A DNA stretch of 64,000 bases. It comes from Bacteroidales bacterium. GTDB taxonomy: Bacteria; Bacteroidota; Bacteroidia; Bacteroidales; UBA932. The translations under genes were made by a program, and so were the position numbers. The notes beneath the pieces are model-generated. The model had not been told where the DNA came from. It ran no database searches and saw only the letters and a program-made list of their open reading frames with translations. Location: NCBI GenBank assembly GCA_033811195.1, contig JAPXOZ010000004.1:36625-100624 (forward strand). The letters run 5' to 3'. This document shows, piece after piece, positions 8,481 through 18,768 of the stretch; the first letter of the stretch is position 1, and every line of letters starts with the position of its first letter.

Positions 8481-10379
8481 ATGGCTAACAAACTTTTTTC
8501 TGAATTTCCTCCGGTTTCTACCGAGAAATGGGAAGAGGTAATTATCAAAGATCTGAAGGGAGCCGACTATGACAAGAGACTTGTATGGAGGACCCACGAA
8601 GGGTTCAATGTGCGTCCCTATTATCGTGCTGAAGATCTGAAGAATCTGAGGTATATGGGTAGCAAACCCGGTTGTTTTCCTTTTGTCAGAGGGACAAAAA
8701 AGGATAACGAGTGGTACATCCATCAGGGTATATCCGCATGTGAGGGTGATTTTGCCAAGGTTAATTCCGAAGCAAAGGTGCTTTTGACAAAAGGTGTCGA
8801 ATCTCTCGGATTTTATCTTGACAATACAAAGGTTCTAATCAAAGAGGACTTCGCACGCCTTCTTAAGGGCATAGACTTGACGGTTGTCCCCGTTTTATTC
8901 TGCGGATGCTCTCTCCAAAATGTTGAATCTCTCAACGGTTTTATTGCTTATGTTGACTCACTCGAAGTTGACAGAGATGCAGTCAATGCAATATTTGATT
9001 TCAACCCCCTGATGACTCTTACCACAAAGGGCAATTTCTGTGAGGAGACCTCTTTCGAGAAGCTTGCCAAGTGTGTGAAGGCAGTAGAGGCATACAAAAA
9101 TATCCGTGTAATTACAGTTGATGCTACCACTTTCAACGGAGCAGGTGCTTCTTCCACACAGGAACTCGCTTTCGCACTATCGGAAGGCAGTGAATATATT
9201 TCACGCTTGACAGATCTGGGACTCTCGGCAAAGGATGTCGCCAGCAAGATGCTATTTGTCTTCTCGGTGGGCAGTTCATACTTCATGGAAATTGCAAAGT
9301 TCCGTGCAGCTCGTATGCTTTGGGCAAATGTGGTTGAGGCTTATGGCGTCGATTCCAATTGTGCAAAGAAGATGAAGATTTTTGCATATACCAGCGAGTG
9401 GAACCAGACAGTATATGATTCATATGTAAATATGCTCAGAGCAACTACGGAGGCAATGAGTGCTGCACTCGCAGGTGTCGATTATCTTGAGGTAGTGCCC
9501 TTCGACTTTGCTTATCAGGTGCCCGGCGAGTTCTCCAGCAGGATTGCACGTAATATACAGAGCATTCTCAAGGAAGAGTCCAACTTCAACAGGATTGTTG
9601 ACCCTGCTGCGGGTTCTTACTATGTTGAAAACCTCACCAACTCTTTGGCAGAAGCTGCCTGGAAACTCTTCACCGACGTGGAGAGCGCTGGCGGCTATGT
9701 CGCTCAGTTTAAAGAGGGCTTCATCCAGTCAGAGATCAAAGCTGTCTCCGATAAGAAAGACAAAAACATAGCTATGCGTAGAAAAACCCTTCTTGGCACC
9801 AACCAGTACCCTAACTTCCTCGAAGTTGCCGAGGAGTACATTACGAAGGAGATTGTTTCCAGAGAGATTCCCACTCTTATGGGTATGAAGATAGAAGAAC
9901 CTTGCTGCTGTAGTAAACAAATAGCTGAGCCTCTGAGACCTTATCGCGGATCTCAGGCGTTCGAGGCTCTTCGTCTGGCTACTGACCGAAGCGGCAAAGA
10001 GCCTAAGGCATTTATGCTTACATTCGGTAATCTTGCAATGTGCCGTGCAAGAGCACAATTCTCATCCAACTTCTTTGCTGTAGCAGGAATAAGGATTATT
10101 GATAACAACCGTTTTGATACCATCGAAGAGGGTGTTAAGGCTGCTCTCGAATCAGGCGCTGAGATAGTGGTTGCCTGTTCATCCGATGATGAGTATGCAG
10201 AGGCAGTGCCTCAGATTGCAAAACTACTTGGTGACAAAGCTATCCTGGTGGTTGCCGGTGACCCCGCCTGCAGAGAGGAACTTATTGCCGCGGGCATTAA
10301 TAATTTTATCCATGTAAGAAGCAATGTTCTTGAGACTTTGAAAGAGTATCAGAAGATGCTTGGTATTCCAGAACTCTAA
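8481..10379 (+). CDS. mutA: Methylmalonyl-CoA mutase small (beta) subunit
   Basis: 632-aa mutase-fold protein immediately upstream of the large subunit. It lacks the DxHxxG cobalamin-ligand motif that the downstream partner has. Confidence 0.8.
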   Translation: MANKLFSEFPPVSTEKWEEVIIKDLKGADYDKRLVWRTHEGFNVRPYYRAEDLKNLRYMGSKPGCFPFVRGTKKDNEWYIHQGISACEGDFAKVNSEAKVLLTKGVESLGFYLDNTKVLIKEDFARLLKGIDLTVVPVLFCGCSLQNVESLNGFIAYVDSLEVDRDAVNAIFDFNPLMTLTTKGNFCEETSFEKLAKCVKAVEAYKNIRVITVDATTFNGAGASSTQELAFALSEGSEYISRLTDLGLSAKDVASKMLFVFSVGSSYFMEIAKFRAARMLWANVVEAYGVDSNCAKKMKIFAYTSEWNQTVYDSYVNMLRATTEAMSAALAGVDYLEVVPFDFAYQVPGEFSSRIARNIQSILKEESNFNRIVDPAAGSYYVENLTNSLAEAAWKLFTDVESAGGYVAQFKEGFIQSEIKAVSDKKDKNIAMRRKTLLGTNQYPNFLEVAEEYITKEIVSREIPTLMGMKIEEPCCCSKQIAEPLRPYRGSQAFEALRLATDRSGKEPKAFMLTFGNLAMCRARAQFSSNFFAVAGIRIIDNNRFDTIEEGVKAALESGAEIVVACSSDDEYAEAVPQIAKLLGDKAILVVAGDPACREELIAAGINNFIHVRSNVLETLKEYQKMLGIPEL

Positions 10380-10391
10380 AAACTGAAAGAT

Positions 10392-12524
10392 ATGAGACCA
10401 AATTTTAAAGATATCAAATATACTGGCACTCCTGCAGCATGTTGCAATGGTAAAGAGAATATCCCTTCCTGGAACACTCCGGAACAAATTGAAGTGAAAT
10501 CCATCTATACGGAAAAGGATATTGAAGGTATGGAGCACCTTAATTATGCGGCAGGTGTACCACCTTACCTTCGTGGCCCTTATTCTACAATGTATGTTAT
10601 GAGACCTTGGACTGTTCGCCAGTATGCAGGTTTCTCCACAGCAGAAGAGTCCAACGCATTTTATCGCCGTAACCTTGCAGCAGGTCAGAAAGGACTTTCC
10701 GTGGCATTTGACCTTGCAACACACCGAGGATATGATGCAGATCACCCGAGAGTGGTCGGTGATGTGGGTAAAGCAGGTGTAAGTATCTGCTCCGTAGAGG
10801 ATATGAAGGTTCTTTTCGACCAGATTCCTCTCGGAAAGATGTCAGTATCAATGACAATGAACGGTGCGGTTCTCCCTATCATGGCCTTTTACATAGTAGC
10901 AGGTCTTGAGCAGGGTGTGAAACTAGATGAGATGGCCGGAACCATTCAGAACGACATTCTCAAAGAGTTCATGGTTCGTAACACCTATATCTATCCCCCC
11001 GAGTTCTCCATGAGAATAATCGGTGATATTTTCGCCTATACCTCTCAGTTTATGCCTAAGTTCAACACCATCTCCATCTCCGGCTATCATATGCAGGAAG
11101 CAGGTGCTACGAGTGACATTGAGATGGCTTATACTCTGGCTGACGGTCTTGAGTACCTCCGTACGGGTATCAAGGCAGGTATTGACGTAGATGCTTTCGC
11201 ACCTCGTCTTTCATTCTTCTGGGCTATCGGCATGAATCACTTCATGGAGATTGCCAAGATGCGTGCAGCACGTATGATTTGGGCCAAACTGGTCAACCAA
11301 TTCAATCCAAAGAATCCCAAATCCCTCTCTCTGAGGACTCACTGTCAGACTTCAGGCTGGTCCCTGACAGAGCAGGATCCATTCAACAACGTTGCCAGGA
11401 CCTGTATAGAGGCTATGGGTGCTGTTTTGGGCCACACCCAGTCACTTCACACAAATGCTCTTGACGAGGCGATAGCACTTCCTACAGATTTCTCTGCACG
11501 TATCGCACGCAACACACAGATCTATATCCAGGAAGAGACCAATGTATGCCGCTCTATTGACCCTTGGGCAGGTTCATACTATGTTGAGAGTTTGACCAAA
11601 GAGATTGCACATAGGGCTTGGGCTCTTATTGAGGAGATAGAGAAACTCGGCGGTATGGCAAAAGCCATTGAGACCGGTCTTCCTAAACTCCGTATAGAAG
11701 AAGCAGCTGCCCGTAAACAGGCACGTATTGACTCAGGCCTCGAGAAGATTATTGGTGTCAATCAATATAGACTTGATAAGGAAGATCCTATCGAGATTCT
11801 CGACGTTGACAATACTAAGGTTCGCGAGTCACAGATCAAGAGACTAAACGAGCTTCGTGCTAACAGAGATGAAGCAAAGGTAAAGGCAGCTCTTGACGCT
11901 ATTACCCATGCTGTAAAGACCAAGTCCGGCAACCTGCTCGCATTGGCTGTCGAAGCAGCAAAGGTACGTGCTACTCTCGGTGAGATTTCTGATGCTTGTG
12001 AGAAAATAGTAGGTAGATATAAAGCAGTTATCCGTATGAATACAGGTGTTTACTCTTCAGAGGTAAAGAATGACTCTGATTTTGAAAAGGCAAAAGCAAT
12101 GGTTGCCGAGTTTGCAAAGAAGGAAGGTCGTCAGCCCCGTATCATGGTGGCCAAACTTGGACAGGATGGTCATGACCGTGGTGCTAAAGTGGTTGCTACA
12201 GGTTATGCCGACTGCGGTTTCGACGTGGATGTAGGACCTCTATTCCAGACTCCCGAAGAGGCGGCAAAACAGGCAGTAGAGAATGACGTTCACGTAGTGG
12301 GCGTATCATCACTTGCTGCCGGTCACAAGACCCTTGTGCCACAAATTGTAAGCGAACTTGCCAAATTAGGTCGTGAGGATATTCTCGTTGTCGTAGGCGG
12401 TGTGATTCCTGCTCAGGATTATGATGCTCTATACAAGGCCGGTGCTATGGCCATTTTCGGTCCCGGAACTCCGATTGCTACTGCGGCCATCAAGATGATG
12501 GAGATACTTAATCAGAAGTTTTAA
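10392..12524 (+). CDS. mutB: Methylmalonyl-CoA mutase large (alpha) subunit
   Basis: 710 aa with a TIM-barrel mutase domain ([18 protein letters not shown]) and a C-terminal B12-binding domain carrying DxHxxG ([10 protein letters not shown]). Confidence 0.9.
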   Translation: MRPNFKDIKYTGTPAACCNGKENIPSWNTPEQIEVKSIYTEKDIEGMEHLNYAAGVPPYLRGPYSTMYVMRPWTVRQYAGFSTAEESNAFYRRNLAAGQKGLSVAFDLATHRGYDADHPRVVGDVGKAGVSICSVEDMKVLFDQIPLGKMSVSMTMNGAVLPIMAFYIVAGLEQGVKLDEMAGTIQNDILKEFMVRNTYIYPPEFSMRIIGDIFAYTSQFMPKFNTISISGYHMQEAGATSDIEMAYTLADGLEYLRTGIKAGIDVDAFAPRLSFFWAIGMNHFMEIAKMRAARMIWAKLVNQFNPKNPKSLSLRTHCQTSGWSLTEQDPFNNVARTCIEAMGAVLGHTQSLHTNALDEAIALPTDFSARIARNTQIYIQEETNVCRSIDPWAGSYYVESLTKEIAHRAWALIEEIEKLGGMAKAIETGLPKLRIEEAAARKQARIDSGLEKIIGVNQYRLDKEDPIEILDVDNTKVRESQIKRLNELRANRDEAKVKAALDAITHAVKTKSGNLLALAVEAAKVRATLGEISDACEKIVGRYKAVIRMNTGVYSSEVKNDSDFEKAKAMVAEFAKKEGRQPRIMVAKLGQDGHDRGAKVVATGYADCGFDVDVGPLFQTPEEAAKQAVENDVHVVGVSSLAAGHKTLVPQIVSELAKLGREDILVVVGGVIPAQDYDALYKAGAMAIFGPGTPIATAAIKMMEILNQKF

Positions 12525-12529
12525 AAATT

Positions 12530-12554
12530 AAAGGGTTCGGATTTCGAACCCTTT
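12530..12554 (+). terminator. Hairpin terminator after mutB
   Basis: AAAGGGTTCG (12530-12539), loop GATTT, CGAACCCTTT (12545-12554): a perfect 10-bp stem 6 nt after the mutB stop. Confidence 0.6.
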
Positions 12555-12561
12555 AATATTT

Positions 12562-12596
12562 AGTTCTGAGTTCTAAGTTCTGAGTATTGAGTTCCG
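12562..12596. repeat. Five GAGT-polarity heptads (AGTTCTG AGTTCTA AGTTCTG AGTATTG AGTTCCG)
   Basis: Read directly. Same unit family and the same AGTTCTGAGT decamer as at 308-317 and 56222-56231. Sits between the two terminator hairpins of convergent mutB and rpsU. Confidence 0.85.
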
Positions 12597-12598
12597 AA

Positions 12599-12631
12599 TA
12601 AAAAAGAAGCTCCCTTCGAAAAGGGAGCTTC
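12599..12631 (-). terminator. Rho-independent terminator of rpsU
   Basis: GAAGCTCCCTT (12606-12616), loop CGAA, AAGGGAGCTTC (12621-12631): an 11-bp stem followed on the minus strand by a T-run (complement of AAAAAA at about 12599-12605). Confidence 0.7.
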
Positions 12632-12678
12632 CAGCTATGAAAACGGTTTATATATGATTTTTTTGCAAAAATCCGAAG

Positions 12679-12870
12679 TTATTCGTCGAGTTGTTGCATC
12701 TTCTGAACATAGATAGCCTTTTGCTTTTGGGCTCTCCTTTTTACAGAAGGTTTCTCAAAGGTCTTACGTTTCCTGAGTTCGCGCAAAGTACCCGTCCTTT
12801 CAAATTTGCGTTTGAATTTCTTTAATGCTCGTTCAATATTTTCACCTTCTTTAACCGGTACGATAATCAT
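12679..12870 (-). CDS. rpsU: 30S ribosomal protein S21
   Basis: 63-aa basic protein MIIVPVKEGENIERALKKFKRKFERTG..., the canonical bS21 sequence pattern. Confidence 0.95.
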   Translation of the reverse strand: MIIVPVKEGENIERALKKFKRKFERTGTLRELRKRKTFEKPSVKRRAQKQKAIYVQKMQQLDE

Positions 12871-12900
12871 TGTTCAGTAACACCTCCTTTTTTGTGGGCA

Positions 12901-12908
12901 CAAATATA
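12901..12908 (-). promoter_or_regulatory. Candidate -7 promoter box TATATTTG for rpsU
   Basis: The reverse complement of CAAATATA lies 31-38 nt upstream of the rpsU ATG (12870). Same box and spacing as upstream of parE. Confidence 0.45.
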
Positions 12909-12949
12909 ATCAGGTTTTTTGGTTTGACAAATTATTGGAGAAAAAAATG

Positions 12950-12957
12950 TATTTTTG
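12950..12957 (+). promoter_or_regulatory. Candidate -7 promoter box TATTTTTG for hutU
   Basis: TAnnTTTG match 32 nt upstream of the hutU ATG (12989). Confidence 0.4.
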
Positions 12958-12988
12958 TAATAAACATTTAAAAGAACGACGATATTAA

Positions 12989-15004
12989 ATGGACAATAAA
13001 GAATTGAAACGCTTTAGGGAGTTGGTGGTACAGGGAATTCCTACCCAGCTTCCTCCACCTGCCAGATACGACAACGAAATTAGTCATGCACCAAAACGTA
13101 AGGATATACTTACCAGAGAGGAGAAAGTCCTCGCTATCAAAAATGCTCTCAGATATTTCCCGAAAGAGCACCACAAAGAGCTTTCGACAGAATTTGCACG
13201 AGAACTTGAGAGCTACGGACGCATCTATATGTATCGTTTCCGCCCTGAGTATCCTATAACAGCGCGTTCAATAGACGATTTTCCCCATAAATCTCGCCAA
13301 GCAGCTGCAATTATGCTGATGCTCAGCAATAATCTCGATTATGCTGTAGCCCAGCATCCGCACGAACTCATAACTTACGGCGGCAATGGAGCCGCTTTCC
13401 AAAACTGGGCGCAGTATCTGCTAACGATGCAGTATCTCTCCCAGATGACCGACGATCAGACTCTTGTGCTATATAGCGGTCATCCGATGGGGCTCTTTCC
13501 TTCTCACAAGGAGGCTCCCCGTCTGGTGATTACCAACGGTATGGTGATTCCCAACTACTCTTCGCAGGATCATTGGGAAAAATTCAATGCGATTGGAGTG
13601 TCGCAGTATGGTCAGATGACGGCAGGATCCTTTATGTATATAGGTCCGCAGGGTATTGTGCATGGTACTACTATCACTGTGCTAAACGCAGCGAGAATGC
13701 ATAATAAAGGAAGTGATGATATCAGAGGTAAGATTTTCGTTAGTTCGGGACTTGGAGGAATGTCGGGAGCCCAGCCCAAGGCAGCAGTAATTGCAGGAGT
13801 GGTAGGGATTGTGGCGGAAATCAATCCCAAGGCAGTAAGTAAACGATATGAGCAAGGTTGGGTGGATGAGGTATATACCGATTGCGATCTGCTCATAGAT
13901 AGAGCACTAAAAGCGAGTGTTGCGAAAGAAGCGGTCTCACTTGCATACAAGGGCAATATTGTGGATCTTTGGGAGCGTCTTGCCGACAGAGAAGTCAGGG
14001 TGGATCTGGGCAGTGACCAGACCTCGCTCCACAATCCCTTTGCCGGTGGCTATTATCCCGTCGGTCTCTCCTTTGAAGAGTCCAACAGAATGATGGCACA
14101 GGAGCCGGAACGCTTCAAGGAGGAGGTATACAAAACCCTTCGCAGACATGTGGCTGCTATCAATAGACTTACTGCACGAGGGATGTATTTCTTTGACTAT
14201 GGTAACGCTTTCCTTCTGGAGGCATCCAGAGCAGGTGCTGATATTTTGGCAGCTGACGGCAATTTCCGTTACCCGTCGTATGTTCAAGACATCATGGGAC
14301 CGCTTTTCTTCGACTACGGTTTCGGCCCCTACCGCTGGGTTTGCACATCTTCCCGTGCAGAGGACTTGACTGTTACGGATGCTCTCGCAATAGAGGTATT
14401 GGAGGAAATCTTGCTTACAGCTCCGGTCGAGATACAACCTCAGCTCAAGGACAATATACACTGGATCAGAGAGGCGGCAGCCAATAATTTAGTAGTGGGC
14501 TCACAGGCTCGCATTCTCTATGCTGATGCTGAAGGACGCATAAAGATAGCTCTGGCGATGAACAAGGCAATTCGTGAGGGAAGGGTTAGTGCCCCTATAG
14601 TGCTGGGACGCGACCATCACGATGTGTCGGGTACCGATTCTCCTTTCCGTGAGACTGCCAATATCTATGACGGTTCCTCCTTTACTGCAGACATGGCAAT
14701 ACACAATGTCATAGGAGATTCTTTCCGTGGTGCTACCTGGGTATCGATCCACAATGGTGGCGGAGTGGGTTGGGGAGAGGTGATTAACGGCGGATTTGGA
14801 ATGGTGATAGATGGCAGTGAAGAGTCGGACCGCCGAATCCGGGCTATGCTCCATTGGGATGTCAATAACGGTATTGCACGCCGTAGTTGGGCACGTAACG
14901 AGGGTGCCATTTTCGCCATTAAGCGTGAAATGGAACGCACTCCATTGCTCAAGGTGACTCTGCCCAATATCGCGGATGACGATCTTGTGGAGAGCTGTTT
15001 CTGA
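12989..15004 (+). CDS. hutU: Urocanate hydratase
   Basis: 671 aa. Urocanase-typical blocks include GLGGMSGAQPKA and SIHNGGGVGWGE. Confidence 0.9.
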   Translation: MDNKELKRFRELVVQGIPTQLPPPARYDNEISHAPKRKDILTREEKVLAIKNALRYFPKEHHKELSTEFARELESYGRIYMYRFRPEYPITARSIDDFPHKSRQAAAIMLMLSNNLDYAVAQHPHELITYGGNGAAFQNWAQYLLTMQYLSQMTDDQTLVLYSGHPMGLFPSHKEAPRLVITNGMVIPNYSSQDHWEKFNAIGVSQYGQMTAGSFMYIGPQGIVHGTTITVLNAARMHNKGSDDIRGKIFVSSGLGGMSGAQPKAAVIAGVVGIVAEINPKAVSKRYEQGWVDEVYTDCDLLIDRALKASVAKEAVSLAYKGNIVDLWERLADREVRVDLGSDQTSLHNPFAGGYYPVGLSFEESNRMMAQEPERFKEEVYKTLRRHVAAINRLTARGMYFFDYGNAFLLEASRAGADILAADGNFRYPSYVQDIMGPLFFDYGFGPYRWVCTSSRAEDLTVTDALAIEVLEEILLTAPVEIQPQLKDNIHWIREAAANNLVVGSQARILYADAEGRIKIALAMNKAIREGRVSAPIVLGRDHHDVSGTDSPFRETANIYDGSSFTADMAIHNVIGDSFRGATWVSIHNGGGVGWGEVINGGFGMVIDGSEESDRRIRAMLHWDVNNGIARRSWARNEGAIFAIKREMERTPLLKVTLPNIADDDLVESCF

Positions 15005-15012
15005 TACACTTT

Positions 15013-15957
15013 ATGAAGATAATTGATTCATTCATCGATTGGCTTGGAGTACAGAAAAGGTATTCCCCGCGTACATTGGTTCTTTACCGTAGTGCAGTGG
15101 ATGAATTTTATGCCTATATCTTTCCCGAGGGTAAAATAGAGGCAGGAGAGGAGACATCTGTGCTCACTCCTCTCAATATTCGCGGTTTTATTGCCAGAGG
15201 ACTTGAGAGCGGGCTTTCCGCTCGCACAATGAACCTTAAGTTAGCGGCTCTGAGCAGCTACTGTTCCTATCTGATGAAACAGGGAGTGATCCAGTCAAAT
15301 CCTGTCAAAAAGGTATTTCGCCCCAAGGAGGAGAAAAAGCTTCCGGAGTTTTATACAGAGAAGGCTATGGGTAATTATTTCGAAGCTTTGACTGAGGAAA
15401 AACAGGAGCAGGAAGTGGAGGAACCCTTTCCGATTTTGCGCAATAGAACAATACTTTTGTTGCTTTATGCCAGCGGAATTAGGCGTGCCGAACTATGCGG
15501 CTTGAAAATCACCGACTTCGATCCTGAGAGATCGGTAATAAGGGTTTTGGGGAAGGGAGATAAATTAAGAGAAATTCCAATTCCTTATGTGATATGTCAG
15601 GAATTATTGTTATATTTGAAAAGAATTAACAGGGAGTTTCCCGGCAACAGCGACGGATACTTCTTTTTGACCGATGTCGGACGGCCACTCTATCCGGCTT
15701 TTGTTAATAATGTAGTCAAAAAGGAACTTGAGAAGGTAGAAGGTTTTACAGGGCGAAAGTCGCCACACCTACTGAGGCATTCACTCGCGACACACCTGCT
15801 CAACCGTGGCGCCGACCTCAATAGTATCAAGGAGATCCTGGGCCACACATCCCTTGCTGCGACACAGATTTATACACACAATTCGTTCGAACAGCTAAAG
15901 AACGCATACTTAACAGCTCATCCAAGAGCAAAAAACGGAGGTAATAATGGAAATTAA
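15013..15957 (+). CDS. xerC: Site-specific tyrosine recombinase, XerC/XerD family
   Basis: Catalytic signature visible: SGIRRAEL (Arg), HLLRHSLATH (HxxR), LGHTSLAATQIYTH (His...Tyr). Sits in the housekeeping rpsU / hpf neighbourhood. Confidence 0.7.
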   Translation: MKIIDSFIDWLGVQKRYSPRTLVLYRSAVDEFYAYIFPEGKIEAGEETSVLTPLNIRGFIARGLESGLSARTMNLKLAALSSYCSYLMKQGVIQSNPVKKVFRPKEEKKLPEFYTEKAMGNYFEALTEEKQEQEVEEPFPILRNRTILLLLYASGIRRAELCGLKITDFDPERSVIRVLGKGDKLREIPIPYVICQELLLYLKRINREFPGNSDGYFFLTDVGRPLYPAFVNNVVKKELEKVEGFTGRKSPHLLRHSLATHLLNRGADLNSIKEILGHTSLAATQIYTHNSFEQLKNAYLTAHPRAKNGGNNGN

Positions 15958-16237
15958 AGTTCAATCAATCAAATTCGACGCAGACCAGAAGCTGCTTGAT
16001 TTCATCGACAACAAGGTAGGTAAAATCACCAAGTACTACGAAGATATCGTGCGTACTGAAGTCAACCTCTCATTGCTTGCAGACCCACAAAACAAAAATG
16101 TAAAGATTATCGTCTACATTCCGGGCACGGAAATTATCGTTACAAAAAATGCTGACACATTCGAGGAGGCTATCGTGGAGTGTGTAGGAGTTCTCAAAGG
16201 AGCTCTTGTATCGGCCAAGGAGAGACGATTCAAATAA
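15947..16237 (+). CDS. hpf: Ribosome hibernation promoting factor / ribosome-associated inhibitor (S30EA family)
   Basis: 96-aa protein MEIKVQSIKFDADQKLLDFIDNKVGKITKYY..., the typical short HPF/RaiA pattern. 11-nt overlap with xerC. Confidence 0.8.
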   Translation: MEIKVQSIKFDADQKLLDFIDNKVGKITKYYEDIVRTEVNLSLLADPQNKNVKIIVYIPGTEIIVTKNADTFEEAIVECVGVLKGALVSAKERRFK

Positions 16238-16240
16238 GTT

Positions 16241-17218
16241 TTAGAAAAATAATTGGGTCAGTTCTTCGGGACTGATTCCGCAAAAATAGTCACCGGCTGC
16301 CACTTCATTGAGGCGGCCGGAAATTTTTTCAGGAGTATGTTCCACACCGCACATGAGATTGCAGAACTCCTCTATAGGTTTATTGAAAAAGAAATCGCCT
16401 CTTATTTCCAGAGCGGAAATTTTTCTGGAAAAGACATCAAATGAAATCTCCACAAGTCCTGCCGGAAACTTTTTAACCTTGTTGAGACTATATTTAGGTG
16501 AAGCACCAAAATTCCAGAAATCTCTGCGGTATCTTGACTCCGCAAGGGCATCAATTGAGCGCAAATCTTCTTCACTCCAACTGTAGGGCTTGTACTCGCG
16601 TCCAACATAATCTGCCAGATAATCCATAAATTCGCGTACATCCATTTTATTGGGGAGATGCTCAGAAATGTTGGTGACTCTCGAACGGTGTGACCTTACT
16701 GCTTTGCCATCAAATTTCTCCGGACGCTCTTTCAATGCCTTTGCCAGGGAATTCATCGAGGCACTGAATAGCAGTGTTCCGTGTTGCATTATTCGGTCTT
16801 TTGAAAAGCATATCGCATTACCGGAAAACTTTTTCCCATCAATCATCAAATCGTTGCGTCCTTCCAGGTATGCCTCCACTCCAAGCGAATGGAGCGCATC
16901 CAGAATAGGCTTGGTATACCTGCGGAACATCTCATTGCTTTCTTTGCGGGAAATTTTGCTTTCGAAAAAGGAAAAATTGACATTGCCGAGATCGTGAAAA
17001 ACCGCACCACCTCCGCTCAATCTGCGAACTACGGGAATACCATTGGAAGAGACCCATTCCGTATCAATTTCAGCATAAGCATTTTGGTTGCGGCCAACAA
17101 TAATAGAGTCTGCATTTCGCCAGAGGCGAAAAATGCTCTCACTGAATTTTTCGAGTAGATACTCTTCAGCAGCGAGATTCCAGTTAGGATCGGTAGTGAT
17201 ATCGTGAATCAGGAGCAT
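16241..17218 (-). CDS. lplA: Lipoate--protein ligase A
   Basis: BPL/LPL catalytic blocks RRLSGGGAVFHDLGN and DGKKFSGNA. The ORF-track start at 17416 runs through the upstream PAP2 gene. The in-frame ATG at 17218 ([22 protein letters not shown]) gives a standard 325-aa LplA. Confidence 0.85.
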   Translation of the reverse strand: MLLIHDITTDPNWNLAAEEYLLEKFSESIFRLWRNADSIIVGRNQNAYAEIDTEWVSSNGIPVVRRLSGGGAVFHDLGNVNFSFFESKISRKESNEMFRRYTKPILDALHSLGVEAYLEGRNDLMIDGKKFSGNAICFSKDRIMQHGTLLFSASMNSLAKALKERPEKFDGKAVRSHRSRVTNISEHLPNKMDVREFMDYLADYVGREYKPYSWSEEDLRSIDALAESRYRRDFWNFGASPKYSLNKVKKFPAGLVEISFDVFSRKISALEIRGDFFFNKPIEEFCNLMCGVEHTPEKISGRLNEVAAGDYFCGISPEELTQLFF

Positions 17219-17766
17219 GCTTTTCGTAAAATGGTTTTGTAGATGAACCAGAAGAGATATGCAATCAGCAGGCCTAGCAGTGCACCGCCAATGATGTCGG
17301 CCGGATAATGCTTCCCCACATAAATCCTGCTGTATGATATCAGTGTAGCCCATATGAAAATTAAAATTGAGTAGACTCTTTTGCGAATAATCAGAGATGA
17401 GAGAGCTGCAAAGCAAAAGGTATTGGAGGCATGTCCGGAAACAAACCCGTAGAGGGACCCGTGAGGTTCGAGCATCCTGACACTATCTGCCAGCAAAGGC
17501 TCTTCACACGGCCTTAAGCGGCCTACACTCTCTTTTATGAATACTGAGATATATTCACTTGCAACAAATGCCAATATAATGACGGTTATTGCGAGCAGTG
17601 CAATTCTCCATTTTTTGATTAAGAAAAGATATATCAGCACCGCTAAGTAGAGCGGTACCCAAACCCAAACTTTTGAGAGGAAAATCATTATCGGATCAAA
17701 GAAATCCGAATGCCACCCGTTGAGTAGGGTGAAAAATTGCATATCAAGTTCGATCAATTTCTCCAT
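17209..17766 (-). CDS. PAP2-family membrane phosphatase (undecaprenyl-diphosphatase-like)
   Basis: All three PAP2 motifs are present: [15 protein letters not shown] and [12 protein letters not shown]. Several transmembrane segments. Confidence 0.8.
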   Translation of the reverse strand: MEKLIELDMQFFTLLNGWHSDFFDPIMIFLSKVWVWVPLYLAVLIYLFLIKKWRIALLAITVIILAFVASEYISVFIKESVGRLRPCEEPLLADSVRMLEPHGSLYGFVSGHASNTFCFAALSSLIIRKRVYSILIFIWATLISYSRIYVGKHYPADIIGGALLGLLIAYLFWFIYKTILRKACS

Positions 17767-18763
17767 CGGCGTTCAGAGTCTTCCAGAGCATATCTTTGAG
17801 TTGAGTTATGCCTTCGCCGGTGAGCGAAGAGATGAAGATATAGGGAATCTTTTTGGGTAGATGCTTTTTAATTTCCTTTTTGAGTTCGTCATCGAGCATA
17901 TCGGATTTAGTGATGGCCAAAAGCCGCTCCTTATCCAGCAATTCGGGATTGTATTGTTTCAGCTCATTTAGCAATACCCTATACTCTTGGGCTATATCCT
18001 TGCTGTCAGCCGGTATCATGAAGAGCAGCATAGAATTGCGTTCTATATGCCTGAGAAATCTCAGTCCAAGGCCCCTGCCCTCGTGAGCTCCTTCTATGAT
18101 GCCCGGAATATCGGCCATCACAAAAGATTTGTCATCGTAATAATTGACAATGCCGAGATTGGGTTCGAGAGTGGTAAAAGCATAGTCGGCTATCTTGGGT
18201 TTTGCGGCTGAGACTACAGAGAGGAGAGTGGATTTGCCTGCATTTGGAAATCCCACCAGTCCCACATCGGCCAATATTTTCAGTTCGAGAACGAACCACC
18301 CTTCAATACCCTCTTCACCCGGTTGGGCATAACGAGGTGTACGATTTGTAGGGCTTTTGAAGTGATCGTTGCCAAGTCCGCCACGACCTCCTTGGGCAAG
18401 AATCATCTCCTGACCGTCATCGACTATTTCAAAAAGCACTTCACCTGTCTCGCCATCTTTGGCCACCGTACCCAGGGGTACTTTTAGGATAATGTCTTTA
18501 CCATCAGCTCCCGTGCGTAGTTGTCCACTACCGTCTCCTCCGTTTTCGGCTTTTATATGCTTACGGTATTTGAGATGAATCAGAGTCCAGAGTTGCTTGT
18601 CGCCTCTTAATATTATATGACCACCTCGTCCTCCATCTCCTCCGTCGGGACCGCCCTTCTCTACATATTTCTCCCTACGAAGGTGTGTGGAACCCTTGCC
18701 TCCGTGGCCCGACTTGCAAAAGATACGGACATAGTCTATAAAGTTGGAATTCTGATTTTTCAT
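17744..18763 (-). CDS. obg: GTPase Obg/CgtA
   Basis: Glycine-rich Obg fold ([12 protein letters not shown]), then G1 [10 protein letters not shown]3 DIPG and G4 TKSD. Confidence 0.9.
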   Translation of the reverse strand: MKNQNSNFIDYVRIFCKSGHGGKGSTHLRREKYVEKGGPDGGDGGRGGHIILRGDKQLWTLIHLKYRKHIKAENGGDGSGQLRTGADGKDIILKVPLGTVAKDGETGEVLFEIVDDGQEMILAQGGRGGLGNDHFKSPTNRTPRYAQPGEEGIEGWFVLELKILADVGLVGFPNAGKSTLLSVVSAAKPKIADYAFTTLEPNLGIVNYYDDKSFVMADIPGIIEGAHEGRGLGLRFLRHIERNSMLLFMIPADSKDIAQEYRVLLNELKQYNPELLDKERLLAITKSDMLDDELKKEIKKHLPKKIPYIFISSLTGEGITQLKDMLWKTLNADGEIDRT

Positions 18764-18768
18764 AATAA

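Noticed and set aside
13469-14461. Minus-strand ORFs of 64, 140 and 174 aa inside hutU, with similar antisense ORFs inside mutA/mutB (for example 10224..10745), purD, parE, the glycan genes (34560..35000, 35471..36016) and ackA/ptb
   Set aside because: They lie wholly within well-supported genes on the opposite strand and have low-complexity or Ser/Arg/Cys-rich composition with no motifs. This is typical antisense shadow ORF behaviour.
15013-15957. Tyrosine recombinase as a marker of an integrated mobile element
   Set aside because: It sits in the housekeeping rpsU / hpf context with an 11-nt overlap into hpf. It has Xer-type catalytic motifs, and I saw no flanking direct repeats, tRNA target or cargo genes.
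17219-17416. 66-codon N-terminal extension of the LplA ORF
   Set aside because: It lies entirely inside the PAP2 phosphatase gene in another frame and is not LplA-like. The internal ATG at 17218 yields a standard-length LplA.
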